Positions 1-14,708 are shown, numbered from the stretch's first letter. The stretch: DNA of 64,000 bases from Octopus vulgaris (GCA_951406725.2 OX597824.1:51088001-51152000), one strand, 5' to 3'. The notes: generated from the letters alone by a model not told the origin. Numbers and translations are program-made.

Positions 1-497
1 CAGAAGCGCAAGTAGATTGTAGTTAAATTTATTAGCCGAAAAGAAGATTTCTGGATCAATTAGTCTAGCTGTACAATGTCGTATGTTCAGTGATTTAACG
101 AACGTAGGAAACCTCATGTGGCCTTGCTTAATATGGGTGAACGATCAGCTGCGATAGCTTAAATAGGTTTCGAGGAGATGTTACACACACACACACACAA
201 TTTTATATATATATATATATGTACCCTCGTATAGACGCACAGTAAAGATGTGTGTGTTTGTATGGTATTTCAGTGTATATAGAGGAAGGGACATGAAGAT
301 GATTATGGAAAAATAAATGCAATACAAGAGATGGTAAGATACACGTTTGAGTCGCTCAGCACCATTCAGCACGTTCTTTCTCTCTCTCTCCCCCTCTCTT
401 CAAGCTTATGTATACGAGCACGTGCGCGTATTTATATATACACACACAAACATATATATATATATGTATGTATATGAATACAGACGCACACACACAC

Positions 498-528
<31 letters not shown>

Positions 529-682
529 AACACTCATACACACATATTGATGGATTGATGCGAACAGGAAAATAGGGATATAGAAAGCACTGGAAATTTA
601 ACTCAGCGGAAAGAAAGAAAGAAAGAAAGGAAAGAAGGAAGGAAAAAATAAAGAAAGAAAGATGATAATGGTGACGATGTTG

Positions 683-764
<82 letters not shown>

Positions 765-806
765 GGAGGAGGAGGAGGAGGAGGAGGAGGAGGAGGAGGA
801 GGAGGA
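683..806 (+). repeat. compound (GAT)n(GAG)n microsatellite
   Basis: Direct reading; explains the poly-His/poly-Pro ORF 356..871. Confidence 0.95.
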
Positions 807-1060
807 TAGTGGAAATACGTTTGGATGTTAATTAGTTGCTCTTGTATATCTATATTGTGGCCTGGCTGCATCGCTCGAAGGGGTTATCAAAAGGCTATGC
901 AATACATTCTATTGCCTTATATAGCGTTCAGAGTTCCAATCGCACCCATATCAGTCTTGCTTTTCATAGTCCCAGTTCAGACGAAATAGGTAAGAGTGAA
1001 AAACTGGAACCAATACATTCTCCTATTCCTATTGCAAATCATGTGACCGATCTAATTTGT

Positions 1061-1380
1061 ACCTTTTACTTGTTTCAGTCATTAGGTTGTGGCTATGCTC
1101 GGGCACCGCCTTGAAGAATCTTTAGTCGAATGTATCGACCCCAGTACTATTTTTTTTAAAGCCTGGTACTTATTCTATCATTCAGTTTCGCCGAACCGCT
1201 AAGTTACGGGGATATAAACACAGCAGCACTGATTGTCAAGTGGTAGGTGGGCATATACAGGCATAGACACAGACACATAAAGACATGCGCACGCAAGCAC
1301 GCACACACACATTTTCCTATATACAGTTGGCTTCTTTCAGTTTCCGTCTACCATATACACTCACAAGGCTTTGGTCAGTC
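1061..1380 (-). mobile_element. tRNA-derived SINE family A, 5'-truncated copy
   Basis: Matches the full copy at 62345-62729 (cttttacttgtttcagtcatt...gccgaaccgctaagttacgggg...gcttctttcagtttccgtctacca). Confidence 0.85.
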
Positions 1381-2421
1381 CTTTCTGTATTTTACTGAGC
1401 CTTCTTTCGAATTCTTTGCTAAAGCACATAAATGACTTGGTCAATGAAATCCAAAAGCAAACATGGCCTTTCTCCCCATGAAGGTTCAGAAATAGCTGTG
1501 CACCTCAAAATACTTTTCATACAATACCCGTGATCGGAAGCTTAATATATATTCGGCCAACTTCACACACATTTTGCATTCCGTTTGTGGAATGTGTTAG
1601 ACTTTCATAGTCTGAAGATTGTATGAGGTTTTAGTGATAGAAGAAACTACTGATGCGTTAAGATATACAATCACTATGTCAATATATATAGTTTGTTCTA
1701 CACTTATATTGTTCATGTAAATTTCTTTACAGTATATGTATATGTAAGTGTGTGACTGTGTATCTGTGTATGCAGATGGAGTGTGCAGCAGCGTACGTGT
1801 GAGTGTGTGCATTCATGTATGTGTGTGAGTGTGTGTGTGTGTGTGCACGCATTCCTGTGTGTGTAATGTCAAAATAATACCTAACTGGACACGTTTATAA
1901 CAATTGGCCTTTGCTTCTATATACATTATATAGATATGTGTGAGTGTGCGTGTATGGCATGTGTGTATGTGTGTGTGTGTATTTATGCACACATATTATT
2001 TTGCATCAACTGTTATCATCAGTTAACAATCTTCCGCATATTTCACCCAGCATCTAGAACATTCACATTTCATAAGTTGGTGTGAAGAAATCACATCAGA
2101 ACACTGTTCAAGCAGACAGAATTAAGAGTTAAATGTTGAGAAATAAGTAATGAAAAAAAATAGTAATATGGCGATAACCTCATCTGATGTCTTCCAACAA
2201 ATCACTCACGATATATTCACCGTCCGTTTCTCTATCTCTGCAGTTTCTTCGAACCCTTTCATAATTTCATCATTCTTTCTTTGTCGATTTTATTTCTATC
2301 TTTATGTATTTCTTTCTTTCCTTCTTTCTGTTTCCTTTTTTTTATCTTCATCTTTCTTTGTTTCATTCTTCTGTATACTTTGTATTGGAACAATAAGTGT
2401 CTGAACATATGTATGAATACA

Positions 2422-2482
<61 letters not shown>

Positions 2483-2486
2483 CTAT

Positions 2487-2576
<90 letters not shown>

Positions 2577-2580
2577 GTAT

Positions 2581-2737
2581 TCTTTTACCCGTTTCAGTCA
2601 TTTGACTGTGGCCATGCTGGAACACCGCCTTTAGTCGAACAAATCAACCCCAGAGCTTATTCTTTGTAAGCCTAGTACTTATTCTATCGGTCACTTTTGC
2701 CAAACCGCTAGGTTACGGGGACGTAAACACACCAACA
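2581..2737 (-). mobile_element. SINE family A, 3' half
   Basis: Near-identity to 62345-62500. Confidence 0.85.
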
Positions 2738-2777
2738 TATACACGCGTGCGCGCGCACACACGCATACACATGTATT

Positions 2778-2820
<43 letters not shown>

Positions 2821-2870
2821 ATGCGTGCATAAATATAATACATGCACATACGTATTTATATACAAATATT

Positions 2871-3020
2871 GTGACTGTATGGTAAGAAGATTGCTTCCCA
2901 GCTACCTAGCTACAGGTTCAGTCCTACTGTGTGGTATGTGTCTTCTACTACAGCTTCGGGCCGACCAAAGCCTTGTGAGTGGATTTGGTAGACGGGAACT
3001 GAAAGAAGCCCATCGTAAAT
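2871..3020 (+). mobile_element. SINE family A, 5' half
   Basis: tggtaagaag..ggttcagtcc head, then gccgaccaaagccttgtgagtggatttggtagacgg. Confidence 0.85.
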
Positions 3021-3049
3021 ACACACACACACACACACACACATATGTT

Positions 3050-3096
<47 letters not shown>

Positions 3097-4231
3097 GTAT
3101 ATACACGCATCTGCGTGTGTGTATATATATATATATATAAATTAGCAGAATGAGATAAAAATGTGATATATATAGTAGCAAGCGCATCAGTCCTTTGGAT
3201 TGGACGGTTTAATTTGCTTTAGTGGTATCTTTTTCACCAAATAATTGAACAACCGAGAATGTTTATGAGTAGCACGACAATCTGTTTCCGATTAACTTAG
3301 GAACGGAAAATCAAATTGAAGGCTGGTTATTGTGGAGGTCGTTGCACTTTAATGATCATAGGTGCAAGCGATTCAAAGTAGCGCTACTGAAGTGTTTTGG
3401 GAGTAGATTACAGATACTGATTACAAAATAATCATTTTACATGAAAGCGAAATGTCTTGTCAGAAACAACCACACCAACGGTGTAAAGAAATTGAAGGAA
3501 GATGTTGAGACTTCCCCTCTGCGAGTTTTTTTTTTTTTCAACAGCAAAGGAGATATATTTTTGGCGAGACAAGCTAACAAAAGCCTCTTTATTCTGTCTT
3601 CCCACATAGCCTGCGCATAAAATAACAGCGAATATTGCATAAAATTAAATTGGTATGGAGCTTTCGTTAGTGGAAACAAAACTCTTATTTAAAGGTTGGT
3701 TTTTGAGACAAATCATATATGATTGTTTAAAAAAAGGCTAAAACGACAATACTAAAACGTATTTGAAACAATGGACAACAGTCGAAATACCATAATGGAT
3801 GGGTAAATAAGCATCCTTAAAGTGAAACAGCGTATTGGTATAAAAAAATAGAAGAGATGGAAGGGAACATCACCTTTCAAGTAACTCAGAATAGGTAATG
3901 GTTAGCTCGCGAAAGTTTAATGCAGTTTAAATATGAAGGTTAAGATATTCGGTATTGGATATTCATCGTGTACAGTGTGCCTGGTCAATTTAATCACCGT
4001 GGCAGGTGGACAGTCGAAGTAAATAAATAGACAAAATCCTTTCACTTTTATAAAAATATTAAAAAGGTATGGAGGACTCTACATACAAAAAAGCTAGGTC
4101 CATTTACTCGGGAGCTCTGGACAAAATGTTTAGTGCATGACAATCCTTGGGGTATAAGTAATGTGTATGTAAAGTTTGATGACAATTGTGAAAATGTATG
4201 CATTAGTCATTATACACACACACATACTATA

Positions 4232-4284
<53 letters not shown>

Positions 4285-4499
4285 AATATAGCAAATTGAT
4301 ATTGGCACTTTCACTTTTGATAAGTGCCAACGCACGAAACTCTCGAAATTTGAGTCGCTCTGTTGCTTCTGCTAAATATTAAGAAAAATATACATATACT
4401 CAAATTTTGAGCTTTATTTTAATGTTTGCGTCAACATAGCTGTGTGGAAAAAAGCTTGCTTCCCAACCACATGGTTCTGGGTTCAGTCTCTAAATATTC

Positions 4500-5045
4500 G
4501 AGTGTTGAAAATCAGCCGCATCAACTTGATTACGTCAGTAGAGTCGATGTTTGTGTTCCACATCATGTGAATGAAGCTAACGTCACCCAACGGATTTCTA
4601 TCTGTGATTCGTTGCAGTCACGTGAAGGAAATAAAACCCTTTTTTTTTTTCAAGCAAAATGGATTGTCTATAAAATTGTGAAGCACAAATGATCACGGGG
4701 GAAGCGCAGCGAGCTCCACAAACAACATCCAAAACAGAACTTCACTCAAAGAATCTTATGCTTTCAATTTGGTGGAATTGAAAGGGTGTTGTCTTCTACG
4801 AGCATCTTTCCACGGACAGGGCCATCATTTCAGATATGTTCTCTTAGCAGCCGAGCAAATTAAACGCAGAGGTTAATCAGAAGCGTCCAGCATTTGCTAA
4901 TCTCGACAATATCAGACTGCACACTTCCAGAAGATACTGGAAGGAAACGATATTTATATCACGGATTGAGTAATTCACTTTGTGTTTAAAATTTGTGTCT
5001 TATTTTCTCTTAAATTTCCGAACCGACTTTTTGGCCACCCAATAA
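4500..5045 (+). mobile_element. degenerate mariner transposon fragment with right-end TIR
   Basis: Translations DYVSRVDVCVPH..TQRISICDSL, WIVYK, MLSIWWN*KGVVFYE, QKRP match mariner transposase motifs (WVPHEL region, WIxY, WWDxKGVxYYE); ends ...ctttttggccacccaata. Confidence 0.75.
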
Positions 5046-5587
5046 ATTATGCATACATACATACATACATTCATACATTCATACATACATACATACATAC
5101 ATACATACATACATGCATGCATGCATACATGCATACATACATACATACATACATACATACATACATACATACATACATACATACGCACATACATATCCAG
5201 ACACAAATATATACACATACTCACACACATATACACAGATACTCACACACACATCGACACGCACACATATACACATCTATAGATATATGATGTGTATAAA
5301 ACACTCATACAATCTTTGTAATAAGGGCATGTGTATTTCTATGTATTGATATCTATACATATATAAAAGACATGCTCAAATACGCAGCATATATGCAACA
5401 GGCATACACATGTACCAACGCATGCAGGCACGCACATACACACGCACACATGCATGACATATATATGCAAGTGTACATACATGTATAAATAGATATACAT
5501 ATGTATAGATATAATATATATATAGATATATATTATGCTCACGCATCTCTCTCTGTATCTATCTATCTATCTATGAATGTATATGTG

Positions 5588-5620
<33 letters not shown>

Positions 5621-6151
5621 ATTATGTATACTTATATGGATAAACAGACATGTGTAAGACACTCTCCTCAACTATCAAGATCAAGAAAAGCTGCAACAAC
5701 ATCAAACACAACAAACGTTTAGAGTAAATAAAACTAACACAAATAAACTATAACAACAAAAAATATCTTACAAATCTTGATATAACAATGTCGACGACAC
5801 CATAATGAGGAACACAAATAAGAATTAAACACACCGACAACCACATATGCATACTCTCATATATACTAACATGCATGTGTATGTACACATAGAGAAGACA
5901 CGAAGACTAAATATGAATAGAAACAAAAGCTTTCTATGCGTTCAACCAACTGTTTTTGATTTTATCTTGACATTCAGGATTTTTTTACTCCCTCTTTATT
6001 TACGTTGTTGTTTATTTTCTTGTTACTTTTCGTGCTTGTCTTGTTCTTGTTGTTAATGTTTAATATTTGCTGCTCCTAATTTTTTTTCCTTAATTTCATT
6101 CAATTTCACTTCAATATAGACTTTATATATTCTACCCCTCTTTATTCAGCC

Positions 6152-6424
6152 CATACATACATACATACATACATACATACATACATACATACATACATAC
6201 ATACATGCATAAATACATACATACATACATACATACATACATAAATACATACATACATATACATACATACATAAATACATACATACATACATACATACAT
6301 ACATACATAAATACATACATACATACATACATACATAAATACATACATACATACATACATACATACATACATACATACATACATACATACATACATACAT
6401 ACATACATACATACATACATACAT
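6152..6424 (+). repeat. long (CATA)n microsatellite
   Basis: Direct reading; similar arrays at 5050-5185 and 6900-7030. Confidence 0.95.
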
Positions 6425-6562
6425 AGTCAGCATTCCTTCTATTCCCTTCATTTTCATTATTCTTTTTCCATTCTTCTTTTCTCGTGTCTATTATTCTTGA
6501 AGTTTTTTACACCACAATTTGACTTTTGAACTCTTGCAGACGCAAGCACAACGTGAAATATG

Positions 6563-6610
<48 letters not shown>

Positions 6611-6627
6611 CACACACACATACACAT

Positions 6628-6666
<39 letters not shown>

Positions 6667-7001
6667 TCCAACCATCCATCCATCCAACCATCTATCCATA
6701 CATGCATGCATACATACATACATACATATATACATACATATCTACTTACATAATACATACATACATATATGCATGCATGTATGCATGCACACAAATATAC
6801 GCACATATGCTTACATATACATAGATACGTATATACACATATACATATAGATATATACATTTTTCTTTTTTCTCCTTTCTTTCTCCACATACATGCTTGT
6901 ATAAATACATACAATCATACATACATACATACATACATACATACATACATACATACATACATACATACAATCATACATACATACATACATACATACATAC
7001 A

Positions 7002-7034
<33 letters not shown>

Positions 7035-7449
7035 TCATATTCTATTTACATATTTTACATTCTCAATTATTTCTACATATATTTAAACTCTTCGATTTCC
7101 GCTGCCGGCACAAATAGGCTCTTTCCCTTTCTTCCTATCCTCACCACCAGACATCGCCATCATCATCTCCATCCCACCTCATCCTCTCTACCGCCTCTCC
7201 CTGCACCATCACCGCCTGATCACATCATCATCACAATCTCTACCACTTCACTCCCTACCATCACCATCTGATCTCGCTACTACCATCTCCATCTCCGTCA
7301 CTAGTTACTTTAGCTATTGAAAATCTCTGCCAACCCCATGGTCAACAGAATTGCTAGAAATAGCAGCCATATTTTCCTTTGACCTTTTACCATTTCCCAA
7401 AAGCTGTTATACAATCTACATTGGCCAATATATATATCGTATTAGATTA

Positions 7450-7592
7450 AGGCTGGCAAGGTCGTTAGCGAATCGGCTTTGCTTTTCATCCTTTCGGTGT
7501 CAATAAAATAAGTACCAGTTGAGCACAGGAGTTGACGTAATGGACTTACTCCATCCACCGAACTTGCTGGCCTTGTGCCAAAATTTGAAGCA
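7450..7592 (+). mobile_element. SINE family B, degenerate copy
   Basis: ctttgcttttcatcctttcgg..aagtaccagttgagcac..ggccttgtgccaaaatttgaa shared with 24408-24620 and (reversed) 10700-11122. Confidence 0.7.
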
Positions 7593-10129
7593 AATATAGT
7601 ATTAGATTCATCATGTCTGAAAAACGGACAATATAACCACGAGTGGGACACTTTTGATTATAGATCTGTTTAATCGCAATAAACCTAAAGGCTAAACAAC
7701 TGCTAGCACCATCACTATTGTTATCATTATGATCATCAATTTATGTACATCACATTCAGCAATCATCATCATAATTATCATTGAAACAATAAAAACTTGG
7801 ATAGAAATATTAAGAACATAGACAAAAACATAACGGACAATAGTTGCGAATACAATGTGCAGTGTTTGTATACGAATTTAGGCTTTGCGTTGTTAAAACA
7901 CTAGCTTCTCTATATTTGATGTCAGAATTTAAAAGCAAAAAGCATAAAGTGAGAGGTATGAATTCTCAACAAACAACTATTTTCTTTTAATTCTGTGATT
8001 CTCGAACTTATTCTTGCGTGGAACCCTTTACACTATTTTCGGGGAAATTGCGTGATCCATACCTGTTTGTTAAAACCCATTGCCCACTTATTTCTATTTA
8101 GGTATTAAATGAAACTTAGGTTAATTCAGAGAGAGTAACATTCATATAACAATATATAATTTATTTGGAGAATAACATTTGTTTATAAAATAAACTTTTA
8201 AAATTTATTAAAGGACACTATCTCACGGAACACCAGACTTTATTCACAGGACTCATTTTAAGAAACCTTGCTTAAAGACATGACCAATGATAGTTTGAAG
8301 AAATTTAATAAGTCTATATTTAATTGACCCTTATGCGAAATTAGCTCTTGTTTTCTTGACTAAGAATGAAAGTCAGAATCAGTTTCAACGAGTTTTTTTT
8401 TTTACTTCGAACATAAACTCTTTAGTAATCACCTCAAGACATTTAGTCCAGCTTTGAACTGTATTTATGCTGTCCCTTGTTCATAATTCTTAGATTATAT
8501 CGTCTTTTTATTAATCAGATGAAAGAGGACATCAACCATGATTTTTTTTTCGTAATACCTAATTGGTGTGAGAAAGGACCGATGAACGACATCCCCTAAT
8601 GGCAGATGTGGTTTGAATGCTTGCAGCAGAGCGGATTCTTCTAAAAGTACCTAAAGGCCAGGCGATGGTGCTGGAAACGGAATAGGCCTATAAGAACAAG
8701 ATCTGAATAGCTTTTGACATGCTCTCACACAGTTTCTCTCTCGGCCAGATTTCATTAAAAAATCATTGATTTACAGACGATGTTGTGGATCATGCTTATG
8801 GCGCTGCACACTAATTTAATTTGGACAATAAGGTATTTGATGTTGCGCTTTCTATGATATTCTCAACAGCATTACTGTGCAAGTAGATTGAGATTTCATT
8901 TGCCAATATTGATTTCTCATTGCTACACAATATTTGTAGGTGTGTGGTACCCGTCTTATTGTTTGATGCCAGCTGAAATGCTAATTAATTATTGCTTAAT
9001 TGGAATTCAGTACAACAATGATTTTCCTGCTACCTTGGTTCCAGACTATTTCTGGAATACCAACTTTGATGGTCTGACTGCTGCTGCGTTATCAATAACC
9101 AAATCGTCTCGACTGACCTTTCATTATTTACTAGAAACATTATAAAGGCGGATACATTCTCCCCACCCATCAACTACGATAATATGACGGTGCAAATGCA
9201 TAAATCTAAATCTAACATCACGTGCTGACTTCTCAATCCTTGGATATCTTCCTCCGGACTTTTCTCAAACGTAATCATGAAGGGCATATGTTTACGAGTC
9301 CATCCAGCATACTTGAACACTGTATTCTCCACAGTGAATTAAGCTCTCCGTTAACATGCTATTCATGGCTATGTTTCGAGGTGCTTTCCTTAGAACGTTA
9401 GGTTTAGTTTTAACATTTTCACCTTCATATTATTATAGCTGGGGCGCAAGCAGAGTATTTCACCTTCATAAGACGTTTCTAGAGATTAAACACAAATGTG
9501 GCGTGAAGATTTGATATAACAAACGTCTGTGATAATATGGCGGCTGTCATCTACGATCTTACCTAATTTAACAGTATAACATTAATTAATGAAGTACTCC
9601 TCTTAAGATTAAAGCTTTAAGGATTGATTGCTACTTTCATTAAACAATTACAAATACGTGGTTCTATACGATTAAACGGAACATCCTGCAGAAGGATTGG
9701 CGAGGCTAGACTAATGCTCTATGATATTAGTTTTGCTTGTTGCACAAATCTCTAGACCGCAAGATTATTAATGAGATTAACATAGAGTGGCTTGTAAAGT
9801 ATTTGTGTGCCGGAAGCACGCAATGCACTTTAGTAGACCTATTGGAAGTCTTCAACATTCTCCATATTTCGGACAACTGCTCAGTCCATTCCAGGATTGA
9901 TCTGTTGTATAAGAATAATGTATATACACCTTACTTAACACTTAAATTTACATACTTTATCAGCCATGAATACCAAGGAGTTCCGCTCTCAATAAAGGCT
10001 AAGAACCACTCACTTTTCATGAAGAGAAAGACAAGTTCAAAGTCCCTCTCTTGAATGTGGGTATATTCTGGTAAAATTATTTTACACAGATGTTCTCATT
10101 AAATGCAAGAGTTATAATACCTATATATA

Positions 10130-10436
10130 CTGGCCCTCCGTCGGTCATGACGACGAAGGTTCCTGTTGATTTGATCGACGGAACAGTCTGCTCGTGAAAT
10201 TAAAGTGCAAGTGGTTGAGCACTTCACAGACACGCGTGTCCTTAACGTAGTTCTCAGGAAGATTCAGTGTGACACAGAATGTGAGAAGGCCGGCCCTTTG
10301 AATTATAGGTACCACGCATTTTTGCCAGCTGAATGGACTGGAGTAATATCAAATAAAGTGTCTTGCTCAAGGTCACAACGCGAACCGAACTTACGACCTT
10401 ACAATCGTGAACCAAATACCCTAACCAGAAACCCAT
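10130..10436 (-). mobile_element. tRNA-derived SINE with CORE-like middle and the 3' tail also seen at 35797-36126
   Basis: 10135-10310 aligns to 35805-35940; the middle (cttgagcaagacactttattt...ccagtccattcagctg on minus) is shared with 32113-32230. Confidence 0.75.
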
Positions 10437-10472
10437 AATACCTATATCATGCCTATAATAATATTTTGTATT

Positions 10473-10672
10473 ATAGGCATAAAACCTGAAATTGTGGGAA
10501 GGGAGACCATCGATTACATCGACCCCAATGCTAACTGGTACTTATTTTATCGACCCCGAAATTATGAAAAGTAAAGTCGATCCTGATGGAATTTGAAGCC
10601 AGAACGTAACGACGGAGGAAATATTGCAAAGCATTTTGCCCGGCGTGCTAACGATTCTGCCAGCTCACCGCC
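10473..10672 (-). mobile_element. SINE family B monomer
   Basis: Minus strand begins ggcggtgagctggcagaatcgttagcacgccggg and has a degenerate B-box-like segment; homologous to the adjacent dimer. Confidence 0.85.
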
Positions 10673-10699
10673 TTCTTTCATACATATGATAATCATTTC

Positions 10700-11122
10700 T
10701 AATCTAGGCACAAGCCCGAAATTTTGTGGAGAGGGGGCCAGTCGATTAGATCGATCCCAGTACGAAATTAGCACTTAATTTATCGACCCCGAAAGGATGA
10801 AAAGCAAAGTCGACCTCGGTGGAATTTGAACTCAGAACGTAAAGACAGACGAAATACCGCTAAGTATTTCTCCTGGCGTGTTAACGTTTCTTATTTCTTT
10901 ATTGCCCACAAGGGGCTAAACATAGAGGGGAAAAACAAGGACAGACAAACTGATTAAGTCGATTACATCGACCCCAGTGCGTAACTGGTACTTATTTAAT
11001 CGACCCCGAAAGGATGAAAGGCAAAGTCGACCTCGACGGAATTTGAACTCAGAACGTAGCGGCGGACGAAATACCGCTAAGCATTTCGCCCGGCTTGCTA
11101 ACGTTTCTGCCAGTTCGCCGCC
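10700..11122 (-). mobile_element. SINE family B head-to-tail dimer flanked by a 15-bp direct repeat
   Basis: Two homologous units (10700-10890, 10890-11122), gttcaaattcc B-box, flanked by ttctttcatacatat at 10673-10687 and 11123-11137. Confidence 0.85.
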
Positions 11123-11461
11123 TTCTTTCATACATATAATAATAAAAATAATTTATGATATAAAAACACAATTTCCAATCTACAACTTTATCGTAGATTT
11201 GTAGAGAATAATATAATTGTCAACAAAGGTAAATGTTTATATGAATGAACTTTCTTGGGTCTAGATTTTTCATGTGATTTCAAGGACAAAATTGTAGAAA
11301 TACGTGAAGAATATCAGACACTTGTGTGAGTGGAAATTTCAATTTCATCGAAATAATTTGGTCTTTCGACACGTTCACAGATTTGAAGACCACGGGAAAC
11401 ATTTGGGCCCAAGAATGTTTATTCATTTACACATTCAATTAGATTTCTTTTATTGTTTTAT

Positions 11462-11660
11462 CCTTTTACTTGTTTCAGTCATTTGATAACAGCCATGATG
11501 GAGCACCGACTCGAAGGGTTGTAGTCGAACAAATCGATCTCAGGATTTACTTTTTAAGCGGTCACTTTTTCTGAACCGCTAAGTTACGGCGATATTAACA
11601 CACCAAGACCGATTGTCAAATGATGGAAGGAGAAAACACAGACACAACGACATACACATA
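11462..11660 (-). mobile_element. SINE family A, 3' half (5' half displaced to 13752-13921)
   Basis: Homology to the full copy; ends in the internal CA/TA tract where a mariner begins. Confidence 0.8.
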
Positions 11661-11670
11661 TTAAAATATA

Positions 11671-12927
11671 CGAAGTGGTATCAAAAAATTCCCGGACTAG
11701 TTACGTTTAAAAAAATACTTAAGCTTTCATATCATCTCTTTCAGAATAGTCGCCTTGCGCAGCAATACACAGATCCTGGTGCCCCTGCCAGTTTTGGAAT
11801 CCAGCTTGGAAGTCGTTTTCCGTAAGAGAGTTGAGGACCTTCTGCAATTCGTCCTGGATCTCGACAACATTGCTAAAACGATAACCTTTGAGCTGCATTT
11901 TAATCTTGGGGAAGAGATAGAAGTTAGCAGGTGTGGAAGAATTGGGCGGGTGTGGAAGCGATACCATGTTGTTTTTGGTGAGAAACTCACGAATGAGGAG
12001 AGGTCTGTGACAGGGTGCAATGTCGTGGTGAAGAATCCAATTCTTCGCGCTCCACAGACCCGGTCGCTTTAGCCGAATCTCCTCCCTCAAACACTTCGAA
12101 ACGCCGCAGTAGAACTCTCGATTGACGGTCTGGCTCTGGGGGAGGGATTATCCATGCACAATACCATTGATGTTGAAAAAAACGATGACCATGCACTTGA
12201 TTGAGCTTTGGCTCTTCTTCTCCATTGTGACGAATGCTGTTTTAGATCCAACTCTCGTCACCGGTGATGATCCTCGACGTGAAGGGTGAGTCATCAACGG
12301 AACGCTGATGAAGACCTCTACAGACTTCGATGCGATGTTCTTTCTGCTCATTTGTCACCTGCCGGGAGACAAATTTCGCAATGACACGCCGTATGTTCAA
12401 CTGAGACGTTAAGATTGCCTACACGAACCCATACGACAGACCAACAACATCAGCAATGTCATTGATTGTCCTTCAATGATTCTCACACATAAGTTCATGA
12501 ATTTTCTCCACTTTCCGATGGTGTCACTCGTGGCAGGTTTTCTAGGTCGCTCATCGTCTTTCAAGGATGTTCTTGCGCTTTTGAAGCGACCGTGCCACTC
12601 GAAACATTGCGTACGATCCATTGCCTCGTCGTCGTAAGATTGCCGAAGTATGTTCCATGTCTCTGTAGCAATCTTCCCAAGTTCAACGCAATATTTTACG
12701 TTGGCTCTTTGTTCCAACTTCCTGTCCATGACAAGATCGGAGACTACAGAATACACATGATCATAAAAACACAAATTTCACAACTTGTGAAGTAAACACA
12801 GCGATGTCACTCGGCACAGTGTCTTATGAAGGTCACTGTTCGTTCTCACTGAACACGCATTTGCATGTGTGCTGCCATCTGTTGGCGCGCTATAGGATTA
12901 GTTCGGTAACATTTTGATGCAAACTCT
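11671..12927 (-). mobile_element. mariner transposon, full-length but frameshifted
   Basis: ORF pieces EQRANVKYCVELGKIATET..FEWHGRFKSARTSLKDDER and WILHHDIAPCH..LPHPPNS..FYLFPKIK; degenerate TIRs cgaagtggtatcaaaaaattcccggactag / ttagttcggtaacattttgatgcaaactc; TA context. Confidence 0.92.
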
Positions 12928-12945
12928 ACATATATATGTGTGTGT

Positions 12946-13014
<69 letters not shown>

Positions 13015-13751
13015 TGTGTGTGTGCGTGCGTGCGTGTGTGTGTGTGTGTGTTATATGTTATTTAGAGATAGAAGTCCCCATGCAAAACATCAAATCCTAA
13101 TATACATCACACCATATAATAGAATTTTATTTTAATACTTACTAATCATATCTAAATTTCTCTGCTACACATGTTTCATGAGGTGCGTTTAACGTTCCTT
13201 AAACACGCAGTCTTTTACAGGAACATTTCTTAAACGCAACCACAATCGCCAGGCCTCTTAATAACTTTATTATAATTCAATACCAATTTCTATATTTTAA
13301 TATTTTAACAGTTACGAATGTAATTAACAGACAAATATGCATATGGGCAAATAAATTCGCCGAACCTTGCTGTGCAAGCCATAATTTAGTTGATTAAAAA
13401 TTAAAAATTAACAAAACAAAATTCAAACGTGACTTATGCCTATAAACATGCAGATAAATTAATAATATGTAGGAATGAAAATTACAATATATAATAGTGA
13501 TGATATAATAATGAAAACAATGACAAAGAAAAATATATATTCGAATAAAAACTATTGTTAAAAGTGGACGTAAACAAATGCGAATGAATGACAAAATGCA
13601 AAAAGTTATGTAAACGAAATCAACGGAGAAAAAGATTTACAAATGATAAAATATACGCTCTAATTTTTTACTTTGTAAATTATATTTTATCATTTGTAAA
13701 TTTTTTTACACTCACTCACGCACACACACACACACACACACAAACACGCAC

Positions 13752-13921
13752 ATATATATGACGGGCTTCTTTTAGTTTCCGTCTATCAAATCCACTCACA
13801 AGGCTTTGGTCGGCCCGAGGCTATAGTAGAAGACACTTGCCCAAGGTGCCACGCGCAGTGATTGAACCCGGAACCATGTGATTTAGAAGCAAACTTCTTA
13901 CCACACGGCCACGCCTACGCT
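13752..13921 (-). mobile_element. SINE family A, 5' half
   Basis: gacgggcttctt..aatccactcacaaggctttggtcggcccgagg..ttcttaccacacggccacgcc. Confidence 0.9.
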
Positions 13922-14558
13922 TATATTCGTGTTAATTTACATTAAAATTCTGATATATTTGTACGTTTGTCAAAACGTCGGCAATTGAGTTCTCTGTGCT
14001 TTCACATCATAAAATATTTTGCATTATGCTATATTACTACATTATATCATTCGAAATTAATCCACAGACTTGTAAATTCAGATGTTCTTTATCGTTTGAT
14101 GTTTAAAGGTAGCGAAATTCCTTACTTCCAAATATTTTGGATATGGAACCTCACATTTTCAAACCTTATTCCATCACTTACCACGCTAATCTTTTCAATG
14201 TTTCTCTTTTTTCCGTTTCTTATTCTTTTCTGCCACCATTTCATTTTCACTTTATGCACAACTGTGTTAAACAATACCAGCTGATATTTCAAATATTCAT
14301 TTTCAACAGCCGTTTCAATAAATCACAGGACTAATCATTTATTATATAATCATTTAACAATATAATTATACAAAACATGAGGATCAGACTTACTAGGATA
14401 CATTTTGAGATATGAAATTTCAATTTCCATAGCTTTGCGCGGAGGCGGTACTATGGCCACTGACATGTATCCGGAGCATGGTTATTGCTAGTTGAAAACT
14501 ATTCCCAATATTTCACGCTCATACCCATATTAGGCATTATACGCAATATATACATACC

Positions 14559-14708
14559 ATAGGCGCAGGCCTAGCTGCGTGGTAAGACACTTGCTTCCCA
14601 ACCACATGGTTACGGATTCAGCCTTCTACTATAACCCTATAGCCTTGGGCCGACCAAAGCCTTGTGAGTGGATTTGGCAGACGGAATCTGAAAGAAGCCT
14701 GTCGTGTG

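Noticed and set aside
356-871. Poly-Pro/poly-His ORF resembling a transcription factor tract
   Set aside because: Made entirely of (GAG)n(GAT)n and dinucleotide repeats.
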